Notes under the pieces: generated by a model
What the model saw: the letters and a program-made list of their open reading frames with translations, nothing else
Told to the model about the DNA's origin: nothing
Databases searched by the model: none
Translations under genes and position numbers: made by a program
Part shown: piece after piece, positions 53,517 through 64,000 of the stretch
Layout of the letters: each line of letters opens with the position of its first letter
Numbering within the stretch: the stretch's first letter is position 1
Assembly (NCBI GenBank): GCA_963710605.1
Contig: CAVQBA010000006.1
Span: 192,001 to 256,000 of the forward strand
DNA length: 64,000 nucleotides
DNA from: an uncultured cyanobacterium
GTDB lineage: Bacteria > Cyanobacteriota > Cyanobacteriia > Cyanobacteriales > Cyanobacteriaceae
Reading direction: 5' to 3'

Positions 53517-55217
53517 ATGCTCAGACTAGAACATATCAGTAAAATATATCCCACAGGCGAAATTCTCAAAGATGTAAACTGGGAGGTAAACCCAGGAGAA
53601 AGAGTGGGATTAGTTGGGGTGAATGGAGCGGGAAAATCCACCCAAATGAAAATTGTTACGGGCGAAATTGAACCTACCGCAGGAGAAATAATCCGTCCTG
53701 CAAGTCTGCATATTGCTTATCTTACTCAAGAATTTGAAGTTGAACCGACTCGTACTTTAAGAGAAGAATTTTGGACTGTATTTACTGAAGCCAATGATGT
53801 ACAAAAAGCTTTAACTCAAGTTGAGTTAGATATGGGAGTAGCTAACCCTGATGAATTGGATAGATTAATTCACAAACTAGATAAATTACAACGTAAATTT
53901 GAAGGTTTAGATGGTTATGGTTTAGAAGCTCAAATCGAGAAAATCATCCCTGAAATGGGTTTTAATATTGAAGATGGCGATCGTTTAGTTAGCTCTTTTA
54001 GTGGCGGTTGGCAGATGCGTATCAGTTTGGGTAAAATCCTCTTGCAAAATCCCGATATCTTGCTGTTAGATGAACCAACTAACCATTTAGACTTAGAAAC
54101 GATTGAATGGCTGGAAAACTACCTCAGAAGCCTGAAAACACCGATGGTGATAATTTCTCATGATAGAGAATTTCTCGATCGTCTTTGTACTAAAATTGTG
54201 GAAACCGAAAGAGGTGTATCGACAACTTATTTAGGTAACTATTCTGCTTATTTACAACAAAAAGAAGAAGCCAAAATTGCTCAACAATCAGCTTATGAGC
54301 GTCAGAAGAAAGAAATAGAAAAACAACAAGTATTTGTCGAACGTTTCCGTGCATCTGCTACCCGTAGCACCCAAGCCAAAAGTAGAGAAAAGCAACTCGA
54401 TAAAATAGAACGTATCGACGCACCTACATCCAATCTACGTGGTTTACATTTTCGTTTCCCTGATGCCCCTCGTAGCGGTCAGGAAGTTGTGAGAGTTGAA
54501 GATTTAGTGCATACTTATAATGAAAATATTCTGTTTTTAGGAGCAGAATTATTAGTTGAAAGAGGCGATCGCATTGCCTTTTTAGGACCTAATGGTTGCG
54601 GTAAATCGACCCTTTTACGCATGATTATGGGGAAAGAAAAACCCGATGAAGGTATTGCCGAATTAGGAAAGCATAATATTATTTCTGGTTATTTTGAACA
54701 AAATCAAGCCGAAGCCTTGATATTAGAAAAAACTGTCATGGAAACAATTCATGATGAAGTGCCTGAATGGAAAAATGGCGAAGTTCGTAGTTTGTTAGGT
54801 AGTTTTTTGTTTAGTGGCGAAACAGTATTTAAACAAGTAAAAGCCCTTAGTGGAGGCGAAAAAGCACGTCTTGCTTTAGCAAAAATGCTCTTATCTCCAG
54901 CGAATTTACTTATTTTGGATGAGCCTACTAACCATTTGGATATTCCTGCTAAACAGATGTTAGAAGAGGCAATTCAAAACTATGAAGGTACGGTGATGGT
55001 TATATCTCACGATTGTTATTTTATCTCTCAAGTAGCTAACAAAATTGTCGAAATTCGTGACGGTGAGTTGCTCGTTTACAACGGAGACTATCAGTATTAT
55101 CTAAGCAAACTTGAAGAAGAAAAACAAAAAGAGCGTCGTCGTATAGAAACTGAAAAACAAGCGGCGAAAAAAGCTAGTAAAAACAACAAAAAGAAAAAAC
55201 AAACAACCAAGGCTTAA
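53517..55217 (+). CDS. ABC-F family ATP-binding protein
   Basis: Two ATPase cassettes (GVNGAGKST, GPNGCGKST; LDEPTNHLD twice), no TM segments. Confidence 0.94.
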   Translation: MLRLEHISKIYPTGEILKDVNWEVNPGERVGLVGVNGAGKSTQMKIVTGEIEPTAGEIIRPASLHIAYLTQEFEVEPTRTLREEFWTVFTEANDVQKALTQVELDMGVANPDELDRLIHKLDKLQRKFEGLDGYGLEAQIEKIIPEMGFNIEDGDRLVSSFSGGWQMRISLGKILLQNPDILLLDEPTNHLDLETIEWLENYLRSLKTPMVIISHDREFLDRLCTKIVETERGVSTTYLGNYSAYLQQKEEAKIAQQSAYERQKKEIEKQQVFVERFRASATRSTQAKSREKQLDKIERIDAPTSNLRGLHFRFPDAPRSGQEVVRVEDLVHTYNENILFLGAELLVERGDRIAFLGPNGCGKSTLLRMIMGKEKPDEGIAELGKHNIISGYFEQNQAEALILEKTVMETIHDEVPEWKNGEVRSLLGSFLFSGETVFKQVKALSGGEKARLALAKMLLSPANLLILDEPTNHLDIPAKQMLEEAIQNYEGTVMVISHDCYFISQVANKIVEIRDGELLVYNGDYQYYLSKLEEEKQKERRRIETEKQAAKKASKNNKKKKQTTKA

Positions 55218-55304
55218 ATATGGTTAGTTAATTGATTGCCCCTTTCTAAAGAGGACTTTGTCTTCGTAAATGTAAGACCTAATGTAGGGTGGGTAAAATA
55301 TGAA

Positions 55305-55616
55305 TATCAAACCCACCTTGAAGTTAACTTCAAGGCTAATAGAATTCGTTTAATAAATTAAACTTTATCTGAATGGTGTTAGTTCATTAAAATGAACGAT
55401 CGTTTTTAGCCTTGTCAATTTATTGCAAGGCTTCTCACAGATTAATTAATAACTACCAAATATAATGTTTTTACTTTATTTTTCGTAATAAATTAAACCC
55501 TAATTTTTGAGAAAAATTTTAGTATCAAACCCACCTTGAATTGCCACCTCTTCGCTAACAGAATCCGTTTAATAAATTAAACTTTATCTGAATGGTGTTA
55601 GTTCATTTCAATGAAC
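55305..55616. repeat. Two ~93-bp direct copies of a palindromic dispersed repeat (~55305-55397 and ~55523-55616)
   Basis: Shared TATCAAACCCACCTTGAA...CGTTTAATAAATTAAACTTTATCTGAATGGTGTTAGTTCATT..AATGAAC. Confidence 0.8.
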
Positions 55617-57666
55617 AATTGTTTTTCCCGATAAGTATTACCGCGATTGTAATAAGCATCAGCATCATTAGGATCGAGTTCAATTGCTTTACTGTAATCG
55701 GCGATCGCTTGTGAATATTTTTTTAAGCTCCGATAAGTATTACCACGATTGTAATAAGCCCAAGTATAATTGGGATCGAGTTCAATTGCTTTAGTGTAAT
55801 CGGCGATCGCTTGTGAATATTTTCTAAGCTCCGATAAGTATTACCACGATTGTAATAAACATCGGCATGATTAGGATCGAGTTCAATCGATTTACTATAA
55901 TCGGCGATAGCCTGTGAATATTTTTTTAAGTCATCATAAGCAACACCACGACTGTTGTAGGCATCAGTATAATTAGGAGCGAGTTCAATCGCTTTACTGT
56001 AGTCGGCGATCGCTTGTGGATATTTTTTGAGGTTTTTGTAAGTAATACCACGATTACGGTAAGCATCGGCATGATTAGGAGCGAGTTTAATTGCTTTACT
56101 ATAATCAGCCATAGCTTGTGAATACTTTTTGAGGTTATTGTAAGTTACACCACGATTATTGTAAGCATTAGCATAATTGGGATCGATTTCAATCGCTTTA
56201 TTATAATCAGCGATAGCTTGTGAATGTTTTTTTAAGTTATCATAAGTAATACCACGACTGTTGTAAGCATTAGCATAATTGGGATCGAGTTTAATTGCTT
56301 TATTATAATCAGCGATAGCTTGTGAATGTTTTTTTAAGTCATCATAAGTAATACCACGATTATTGTAAGCTTTAGTATAATTGGGATCGAGTTCAATCGC
56401 TTTATTATAATCAGCGATCGCCCGTGAATATTGTTTTAAGTCATCATAAGTAATACCACGACTGTTGTAAGCATTAGCATAATTGGGATCGAGTTCAATC
56501 GCTTTATTGTAGTCAGCCATCGCTTGTGGATATTTTTTTAAGTCTCGATAAGTATTACCACGATTATGGTAAGCATAAGTATGATTAGAATCGAGTTCAA
56601 TCGCTTTATTATAGTCCGCAAGCGCTTGTGTATATTTTTTAAGCTCATCGTAAGCAATACCACGATTGTTGTAAGCTTCAGTAAAATTGGGATCGAGTTC
56701 AATCGCTTTACTATAGTCAGCGATCGCTTCTGTATATTTTTCTAAGTCAGAGTAAGCATTACCACGATTTTTGTAAGGGTTAGCATCGTTAGGATTAAGC
56801 TCAATTGCCTTAAAATATTTTCTTAGTTTTCTGTGAGCATCAGTATTATTAGTATTGGTTACAATATTTTCTTCACTTTCTTCTGGTTGATTATTAATTT
56901 CAATAGGTTTAACAACAGGCGAATTATTAGGTTGTAGTGTATTTGTGGCTATCTCGACTGGATTTTGTTCTGTCCAACTAAGATAAAGATAAATAGGAAT
57001 ACTTAAAAAATCTCTCACCGCAACGGTCGGATCTTTGATAACATGACCATTGATACCGACTAATTGTCCTTTGTTATTTAATACCGCCCCGCCACTCATC
57101 CCCGGAATTGTTTCTGCTTTATGGGAAATCTGATAACCTTCTCTGGCTGTATTACTAATACCATTAATATCGCCCTGGTTAAATAGATAACGTCGTTGAG
57201 CATCTAACTTACTGTTACCACCAAACCCTGACGCATAAATAGTTTGCCCTTGACTTAATTTAGCTGAATTTCCTAATTTAGCTACTTGATATTTTTTATT
57301 AGTTTGAAATTTTATTTGAGCTAAATCGAGGTTATTGTCTTCTGTATAGCGACTAATTTGATTGGAGGAAATAGTATAAGTATCTTCTTGATTATCTTGA
57401 TAAATAGTGATTTTATAATCACCATCGTTTTCTACTACATGATGATTTGTCACGATAGTATAAATATTACCATCACGATCGATTAACACTCCCGAACCTT
57501 GACCTGCACCTTCAATCTTGACTGTAATGTTTTGGGCGACTTGAGCGATTTTAGTTGAATGCAGAGGGAAGCCTAATCGTGCGTATAAATGAGGTTGCCC
57601 AAATATTATTAAGATTATAGTCGCTACCATCAAAATAGCAGTAATAACGATCGATCGTTTTTTCAT
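55598..57666 (-). CDS. Trypsin-like serine protease with long TPR array; frameshift at ~55822 near the C-terminus
   Basis: GSGV, TNHHVV, DLA, PGMSGG catalytic triad; ~10 34-aa AYNNRG...AIADYxKAIELDP repeats; one A missing in GAAAATAT, after which about two more TPRs read to TAA at 55598. Confidence 0.85.
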
Positions 57667-58009
57667 GGGGATAGTCAATAGTTCAAACTTATACTAATTT
57701 ATCCTCCCCCTTTATAAAGGGGGATAGAGGGGGATCGAGATTTAGGGAGCTTGTTCTGTTTTTTTTTGTATTATTTCAATAATTATAGATCGAAGGGCAA
57801 GGGGAAATTTAAAATTAATACAATCATTTCAATTAAGTTTCAAAGCATATATAAAATGTCTGGTAGGGACGTAGCACTGCTACGTCCCTACACCAATACC
57901 GTAACACAGAAAAAATTACGATCGTGATTCTTTCATTTTGCTTCATTTCTTGATTGAATATTAAATAGTAATGAGTCATCATTGTTTAATAAATCGATCG
58001 AGTTAATTA

Positions 58010-58591
58010 ATGAAAAAACTAGTTGTAGCTACTGGTAATTCGGGTAAAGTGAAAGAAATGCGAAAATATCTCCAAGAATTCGCTATCGAATTAGTTCCAA
58101 AACCTCAAGAAATCGAGATCGAAGAGACAGGAGATACCTTCATCGCTAATGCTATCCTCAAGGCAACACAAACAGCTAAGGCAATGCAAGAATGGTCGAT
58201 CGCTGATGATTCTGGTTTGATGGTAACTGCTTTGAATGGACAACCGGGGATTTATTCTGCTAGATACGGAAAAACAGATCACGATCGTATCGAGCGTTTA
58301 TTGACCGAATTAGGAGATAATCAAAATCGTCAAGCTCAATTTGTCTGTGCGATCGCTATTTCCAATCCTCAAGGAGAAACTGTGATTCAAACAGAAGGTA
58401 TCTGTCAAGGACAAATACTAAAACAAGTATCAGGAGAAGGCGGTTTTGGTTACGATCCTATTTTCTATGTTCCTTCAGCACAGCAGACTTTTGCTCAAAT
58501 GTCAACTGAAGTAAAGAAAAATTATTCTCATCGTGGTCTTGCTTTTGCTAATCTTGAACCATTATTAAAATCATTGTTAAATAAAAATTAA
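58010..58591 (+). CDS. rdgB: Non-canonical purine NTP pyrophosphatase
   Basis: ATGNSGK, ADDSGL, GFGYDPIF, SHRG. Confidence 0.95.
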   Translation: MKKLVVATGNSGKVKEMRKYLQEFAIELVPKPQEIEIEETGDTFIANAILKATQTAKAMQEWSIADDSGLMVTALNGQPGIYSARYGKTDHDRIERLLTELGDNQNRQAQFVCAIAISNPQGETVIQTEGICQGQILKQVSGEGGFGYDPIFYVPSAQQTFAQMSTEVKKNYSHRGLAFANLEPLLKSLLNKN

Positions 58592-58599
58592 TCACAAAA

Positions 58600-59496
58600 A
58601 TGAGCGAACAAGAAGTAATCGGTGTCGATTTAGGTGGTACTGCAATCAAACTAGGACGGTTTAGAAAAGATGGTACTTGTGTAGAACATATTTCTATTGC
58701 TACTCCTCAACCTGCGACTCCTAGTGCTGTCATTGAAGCGATCGCATTAACTGTAAATCTATTAAATACCGCCAAGAATGCAGTAGCTATTGGTATGGGC
58801 GTACCTGGTCCTACAGACGCTGAAGGTAGAGTTGCTTTAGTGGCGATTAATCTTTTTGGCTGGCACAACGTACAGGTTGCTGATGAATTAGAAGCCCAAA
58901 CTGGTTTACCGACTATTCTTGCTAATGATGCCAATTGTGCAGGTTTAGGTGAATATTGGTTAGGTGCAGGTAAAGACTATCAAAATTTGATTTTACTAAC
59001 TTTGGGTACAGGTGTTGGTGGTGCGGTAGTATTAGACGGCAAGTTATTTACAGGGCGTTTAGGCTCTGCTGGTGAATTAGGGCTAATTACACTTAATCCT
59101 GATGGTCCTCCTTGTAATAGCGGCAATAACGGCTCTTTAGAACAATATGTATCGGCTACGGCTATCAGGAGAGATACAGGTAAAGCCCCTGCGGAATTAG
59201 GTAAACTAGCTTTACAAAATGATCCTTTTGCTTTGACATTTTGGATCGATTATGGTAAAAAATTAGCGGCTGGAATTGCTAGTTTAGTTTATATTTTTAC
59301 CCCCGAAGTAGTTGTCATCGGTGGTGGTGTTTGTGCTAGTGCGAGATACTTTTTTCCCGCATTAGAAGCAGAAGTTAATCGTCGAGTTTTAGAGACTTCT
59401 CGTGCTGATATGAAGTTAATTGTTGCCGAGTTAGGTAATAATGCAGGTATGGTGGGGGCGGCGAAGTTAGCTTGGGAAGCGGTTTCGAGAATTTAA
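58600..59496 (+). CDS. ROK family sugar kinase (glucokinase-like)
   Basis: GVDLGGT, ANDANCA, TLGTGVGG. Confidence 0.9.
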   Translation: MSEQEVIGVDLGGTAIKLGRFRKDGTCVEHISIATPQPATPSAVIEAIALTVNLLNTAKNAVAIGMGVPGPTDAEGRVALVAINLFGWHNVQVADELEAQTGLPTILANDANCAGLGEYWLGAGKDYQNLILLTLGTGVGGAVVLDGKLFTGRLGSAGELGLITLNPDGPPCNSGNNGSLEQYVSATAIRRDTGKAPAELGKLALQNDPFALTFWIDYGKKLAAGIASLVYIFTPEVVVIGGGVCASARYFFPALEAEVNRRVLETSRADMKLIVAELGNNAGMVGAAKLAWEAVSRI

Positions 59497-59693
59497 AACT
59501 AATTTTAGTTAACAGTTAAGAGTTAATTACCAAAAAATCAAGGGTTTAAAGCCCCGAATCTCCCCCCTTACAAAGGGGAGGGGCTGTCATCTGAATTTAC
59601 GTGACTATGAATGTCAACGCCCCGTAGGGATGGGGGGGATACTCCATTGATAGGCGTATTGGATTTTAATGGTAGTTCAAGCTATTTTTAAAA

Positions 59694-60056
59694 TTACCTT
59701 TGCCCCTTGCCCTTTGCCCTTTGCCCTTTTGACCAGATTTGTTTGTTTCCTTGTCCCCAGAAACGATCGTATTTGGTTACTTTAATATCTCCTAAAACTT
59801 TAGTTTGACAAGCTAGGCGTAAATCACGCTCTTTATCGTGAGGTGGTAATGAGCGTCTGGCTTTGTCTTTCCAATTTACTTGACTAACTTCTCCTTCAAT
59901 TTTAACTGCACAAGTACCACAAGTACCTAACGATCGACAATTAATTATTTTGGCTTGACCATTATATAAATCAATGTCACTGGCTAACAATACTTGACGT
60001 AAGTTCGCTCCCTTCGCACAGTTGATTATTTTTCCCTGAGCTTTGATTATCGGCAT
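59694..60056 (-). CDS. 2Fe-2S ferredoxin-like protein
   Basis: NCRSLGTCGTC...RLACQ; C-terminal KGQRAKGKGQR encoded by a heptamer repeat. Confidence 0.9.
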   Translation of the reverse strand: MPIIKAQGKIINCAKGANLRQVLLASDIDLYNGQAKIINCRSLGTCGTCAVKIEGEVSQVNWKDKARRSLPPHDKERDLRLACQTKVLGDIKVTKYDRFWGQGNKQIWSKGQRAKGKGQR

Positions 60057-60213
60057 TTTTCATCTATTTTCGTGCGTTTAAGACAGAGCTTATATCCCCA
60101 TTTTTTCGGTCAGGGGAATAAAACCTAATTATATAACAAATAATTAAGTAGTTTTGAGATTGATAAATTCAACTAAAACCTACGTCCTTTACCCTAAACT
60201 AGGAAAAAGAAAA

Positions 60214-60284
60214 AGGCGACACCCAGATTCGAACTGGGGATAGAGGTTTTGCAGACCTCGGCCTTACCACTTGGCGATGTCGCC
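60214..60284 (-). tRNA. trnC: tRNA-Cys(GCA)
   Basis: GGCGACA acceptor, GAGGT-CTGCAAA-ACCTC anticodon arm, CCCAG-TTCGAAT-CTGGG T-arm, U discriminator. Confidence 0.97.
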
Positions 60285-60336
60285 GCTTTTTAATACTTTG
60301 CTAGTATAACAAATATTTGAGTATTTAACAAGAAAA

Positions 60337-60810
60337 ATGGGTTTAGAAATAGAACGCAAATTTTTGGTCAACCACGATCGATGGCTTCCACCAGATCAAG
60401 GTATAATTTATCGTCAAGGTTATATCTATACTCATAACGGTAATACAGTCAGGATTAGGGTAGCTGACAGTGAAGGTTATTTGACTTTGAAAAGTAAAAC
60501 TAAAGGGTGTAGTCGTGCGGAGTTTGAATACTCAATACCGTTAACCGAAGCTGAAGAAATGTTGAACTTATTATGCGATCGACCTTTAATCGAAAAAATT
60601 AGATATAAAGTAACGATTGAGGGTTTTTTATGGGAAGTAGATCAGTTTTTAGGCGAAAACAAAGGTTTAATTTTAGCCGAAATTGAGTTAGAGAATGAAG
60701 CCCAAAATTTTACTTTACCAGAATGGATAGATAAAGAAGTAACTCATGATAAACGCTACTATAATTCTTATCTGGCTAAACATCCCTATCAGTCAATTGT
60801 TAATAATTAA
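60337..60810 (+). CDS. CYTH domain protein
   Basis: EIERKFLV, RQGY, VRIR, EFEY, WEVD, AEIEL. Confidence 0.92.
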   Translation: MGLEIERKFLVNHDRWLPPDQGIIYRQGYIYTHNGNTVRIRVADSEGYLTLKSKTKGCSRAEFEYSIPLTEAEEMLNLLCDRPLIEKIRYKVTIEGFLWEVDQFLGENKGLILAEIELENEAQNFTLPEWIDKEVTHDKRYYNSYLAKHPYQSIVNN

Positions 60811-61073
60811 TTAAGAGTAAAATTAATTGTAAAAATAAACGATCGTCTTGACTAAATTATTCTGTAAAATTTACTTATAATTTAATTAAGCTACTTTGAA
60901 ATAATCAATAAACAAAAAAAAAACTCTTATTAATGGATATACAATTTGGCAGATGACATATTATCTTAGAATGCTACAATATTGATAAAAATCATAAATT
61001 AGATTTGAATTAAAGTCTTGAGATTATAACTACAAACTAGCAATTATTTATTATCAGTTATCAATAATTATTT

Positions 61074-63575
61074 ATGGTATTTAACCCCTTTAAAAAGACT
61101 TCCTGGAAGACAAACATAAGACTATTGTTAGTATTACCATTCGTTTGTCAAATTTTAGCTGGTTTAGGAATATTTGGTTATTTATCATATCGTAATAGTC
61201 AGAAAGCCTTAGAAGAAATAACGGTAAAACTAAGACAAGACATGGCAATCAGAATTGATAACCAAGTCGAGAGATTAGTAGAAAATGGTAATAATTTAAA
61301 TCAAATTAATGAAAATCAGCTTATTTTAGATCCTTCATTAATAAAAAATACTAGTCAATTAGCCCGTTATTTTGCTTTACAATATCAATGGACTGAATAT
61401 ATCAATTTGATTGGCTTTGTTAGTCAAAAAGAAGGAAACTATATAGAAGTAAGAAAACAATCTACAGGAGAATTAGAGTTAACAATTCTCGAAAAAAATA
61501 AATCTAATGCTTTATTAACTTATCAAGTTAATTCTCAAGGAGATATTATTAAACTTTTGCGTAGTCAACCAAACTTTGATTTTAATCCTCGTCAAGAATC
61601 ATGGTATCAAAACACTTTAGCCAATAAACAAGAATATTGGCATCAAACGCAAAAAAATAGTACAACAGACAAACTAGTTTTTGTTAATAGCAAACAAGTT
61701 TATAACTCACAAGGTGAATTATTAGGAATCGTTACTAATCAAATAGATTTAATTGAATTAAGTTTCTTTTTGAGCAGTTTAAAAATAGGTAAAACTGGAT
61801 CAGCTTTTATTATTGATAAGCAAGGAAAATTAATAGCTGATTCTATAACTATGAAAAGAAGCGATGCTATTTACAACGAAAAGCTTTTATTAAATCCAGC
61901 AACTAATCATCCTGATCAATATATTAAAGGAATTACTAGTTATATTTTTAAAAATCAATCTAATTTAAATAGCTATAATCAATCTCAGTTTACATCAATA
62001 AAAGTAAATAAAAAAAATCTTTTAATCGATGTAAATAATTTTGATAAAAGTAATAGTATAGAATGGTTGATTGTTTTAGTAATTCCTAAATCTGATTTTA
62101 TGGACTTTATTGGTAAAAATAATCGAGTTACATTCATGCTCTTATTTTTAGCTTTAATTATTGCAATTATCAGTGGGTTAGTTACATCTAAATTAATTGT
62201 TCGTCCAATTATTAATTTACAAGACGCATCACAGAAGATTGCACAAGGAGATTTTAATCAAAATATATCTTTACAAGGAATAAAAGAATTAGATACATTA
62301 GCAAATTCTTTTAATTATATGACACAAATGTTAGATTCTTTTTTTAATGATTTAAATAAGTCTTTAAAAAAGGTTTCTAATCTCAAATATGCGATCGATC
62401 AATCAGCAATTGTAACTGTCACAGATACAGAAGGAAAAATAATTTATTGTAATGATAAATTAACTGAAATATCAGGTTATACCCCTCAAGAATTAATTGG
62501 CAAAACAACTAGTATTTTAAAATCGGGATATCATCGAGATACCTTTTATAAAAGAATATGGGTTCAAATATCTGAACAAAAAGTATGGCGAGGAGAAATT
62601 AAAAATAAAACTAAAGATGACTGTTATTATTGGGTTGACACAACGATCGTACCTTTAAGTAACGAAGAAGGTAAACTAGTTCAATATTTATCAATTCAAA
62701 CTGAAATAACAGAAAGAAAACAGTTAGAAAAAAACTTAGAAGAAGTAGTTGATATTCGTACTCAAGAATTAGCAAATGCTAACGAAGAAATTACGCTTTT
62801 AAATCAGCGTTTATGTACCGAAAATATCCAGATGAGTGGTAAACTAAGAATGCTCCACGAAATGCAACAATTAATCTTACCAACTACTGAAGAATTAAAG
62901 AATATAGAACATTTAGATATAGCAGGTTATATGGAACCAGCTGATGAATTAGGCGGGGATTATTACGATGTTTTAACAGGAGATAATACAGTTACAATTG
63001 GAATTGGAGATGTAACAGGGCATGGGTTAGAAAGTGGTATTCTAATGGTGATGACACAAGCGGCAATTTGTACTTTAAAACAACTTGGAGAAACTAATCC
63101 GCTCAAATTTTTAGATATTTTAAATCGGACTATTTACTATAACGTTAAAAGGATGAATTCGGAAAAGAATCTTTCTTTAGCAATTATTAATTATTTTAAT
63201 GGTACTGTCTGTATTAGTGGGCAACATGAAGAAGTTATTATAGTCCGTAAAAAAGAATGTAAAGTAGAAATAATTGATACGATCGATTTAGGTTTACCAA
63301 TCGGTATTGATGAAGATATTCGTCCTTATATTGATCATACTATTATTACTTTAAATCAAGGTGACGGTATTGTACTTTATACAGATGGTATTACTGAAGC
63401 TAGAAATATGGAAAAAGATCAATACGGTATTGAGCGTTTATGCAAAGTAGTTAGTCAACACTGGCATCTTAATAGCGAAGAAATTAGAGATATTGTTATT
63501 AATGATGTTAAAAAATTTATTGGTTTACAAAAAATAGAAGATGACCTTACTTTATTATTATTAAAACAACTCTAA
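61074..63575 (+). CDS. Membrane sensor with Cache-like, HAMP and PAS domains and a SpoIIE/PP2C phosphatase
   Basis: Two TM helices, HAMP (ELDTLANSFN), PAS (WRGEIKNKTKD), GGDYYD, IGDVTGHG, LYTDGITEA, DDLT. Confidence 0.9.
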   Translation: MVFNPFKKTSWKTNIRLLLVLPFVCQILAGLGIFGYLSYRNSQKALEEITVKLRQDMAIRIDNQVERLVENGNNLNQINENQLILDPSLIKNTSQLARYFALQYQWTEYINLIGFVSQKEGNYIEVRKQSTGELELTILEKNKSNALLTYQVNSQGDIIKLLRSQPNFDFNPRQESWYQNTLANKQEYWHQTQKNSTTDKLVFVNSKQVYNSQGELLGIVTNQIDLIELSFFLSSLKIGKTGSAFIIDKQGKLIADSITMKRSDAIYNEKLLLNPATNHPDQYIKGITSYIFKNQSNLNSYNQSQFTSIKVNKKNLLIDVNNFDKSNSIEWLIVLVIPKSDFMDFIGKNNRVTFMLLFLALIIAIISGLVTSKLIVRPIINLQDASQKIAQGDFNQNISLQGIKELDTLANSFNYMTQMLDSFFNDLNKSLKKVSNLKYAIDQSAIVTVTDTEGKIIYCNDKLTEISGYTPQELIGKTTSILKSGYHRDTFYKRIWVQISEQKVWRGEIKNKTKDDCYYWVDTTIVPLSNEEGKLVQYLSIQTEITERKQLEKNLEEVVDIRTQELANANEEITLLNQRLCTENIQMSGKLRMLHEMQQLILPTTEELKNIEHLDIAGYMEPADELGGDYYDVLTGDNTVTIGIGDVTGHGLESGILMVMTQAAICTLKQLGETNPLKFLDILNRTIYYNVKRMNSEKNLSLAIINYFNGTVCISGQHEEVIIVRKKECKVEIIDTIDLGLPIGIDEDIRPYIDHTIITLNQGDGIVLYTDGITEARNMEKDQYGIERLCKVVSQHWHLNSEEIRDIVINDVKKFIGLQKIEDDLTLLLLKQL

Positions 63576-63788
63576 ATAGTTAAAAGTTAAAAGTTAAAAG
63601 TTAAGAGTTAAGAGTTATTTTTTAAACAATTAGCTATTCTTTATTACTTCTTACATCTTATCCCTTCCAAATTCCGAATTCCGAATTCCGAATTCAAACA
63701 ACCTAGTTTTTTTGTTCTAGACTAGATAATGTGATGATATTATGATTATAATTAAAATTATTTTATGTTCATATATTAAGAAATATTA

Positions 63789-64000
63789 ATGCAGACGTTA
63801 AGTAACCTAATAAGTACCCGTATTAATCCTAATATCTCATCTCCTTTGAAAATTATTGCTATCGGTGATAGCTTAGTTTATGGGTATGGAGATACCGAAG
63901 CAGGAGGTTGGGTAGAAAGGTTAAGACTTAACTTAATGAATAATGAATCAGGTCATGTATTGTATAACTTAGGGATAAGAGGCGATCGAACTCAACAAGT
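63789..64000 (+). CDS. GDSL/SGNH hydrolase (partial, runs off window)
   Basis: Manual translation MQTLSN...KIIAIGDSLVYGYGDTEAGGWVERLR...YNLGIRGD. Confidence 0.88.
   Translation, partial: MQTLSNLISTRINPNISSPLKIIAIGDSLVYGYGDTEAGGWVERLRLNLMNNESGHVLYNLGIRGDRTQQ

Noticed and set aside
55620-56810. CRISPR-like array (102-bp periodic repeats)
   Set aside because: Periodicity equals 34-codon TPR repeats in a coding frame; no unique spacers or cas genes

Overview
AT-rich cyanobacterial chromosome segment: psbEFLJ, ycf48 and rubA are present, with abundant GCGATCGC/CGATCG HIP1 sites, GTAG-type palindromes and heptamer tandem repeats. A unicellular Chroococcales-type host is an inference. Most genes are housekeeping or metabolic (fabF, acpP, katG, cruF, secA, proA-like, sds, accC, argC, bvdR, rseP, a sugar ABC transporter, an ABC-F protein, rdgB, a ROK kinase, tRNA-Cys, a SpoIIE phosphatase). 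The most striking unexplained features are two protein + structured-RNA loci. (1) A 117-nt tRNA-shaped RNA whose anticodon loop is replaced by a large insert, followed by a bulged-helix Y-RNA-like hairpin with the same helix-end motif, directly upstream of a ~600-aa protein with a TerD-like C-terminus (13637-15730). (2) A ~180-nt multi-hairpin, T-loop-containing, probably pseudoknotted RNA closed by a perfect 14-bp stem, just downstream of a DIP1984-family gene (50588-51239). Also notable: an acyltransferase + effector-less MARTX/RTX-like pair with acidic repeats; a ~50-nt structured mini-element nested in itself; a DUF559 nuclease bracketed by inverted palindromes; an end-less 999-bp transposase fragment splitting an SMI1/KNR4-like gene; an unlisted 31-aa membrane ORF; and five single-base frameshifts. 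All family assignments come from motif recognition; no database searches were run.
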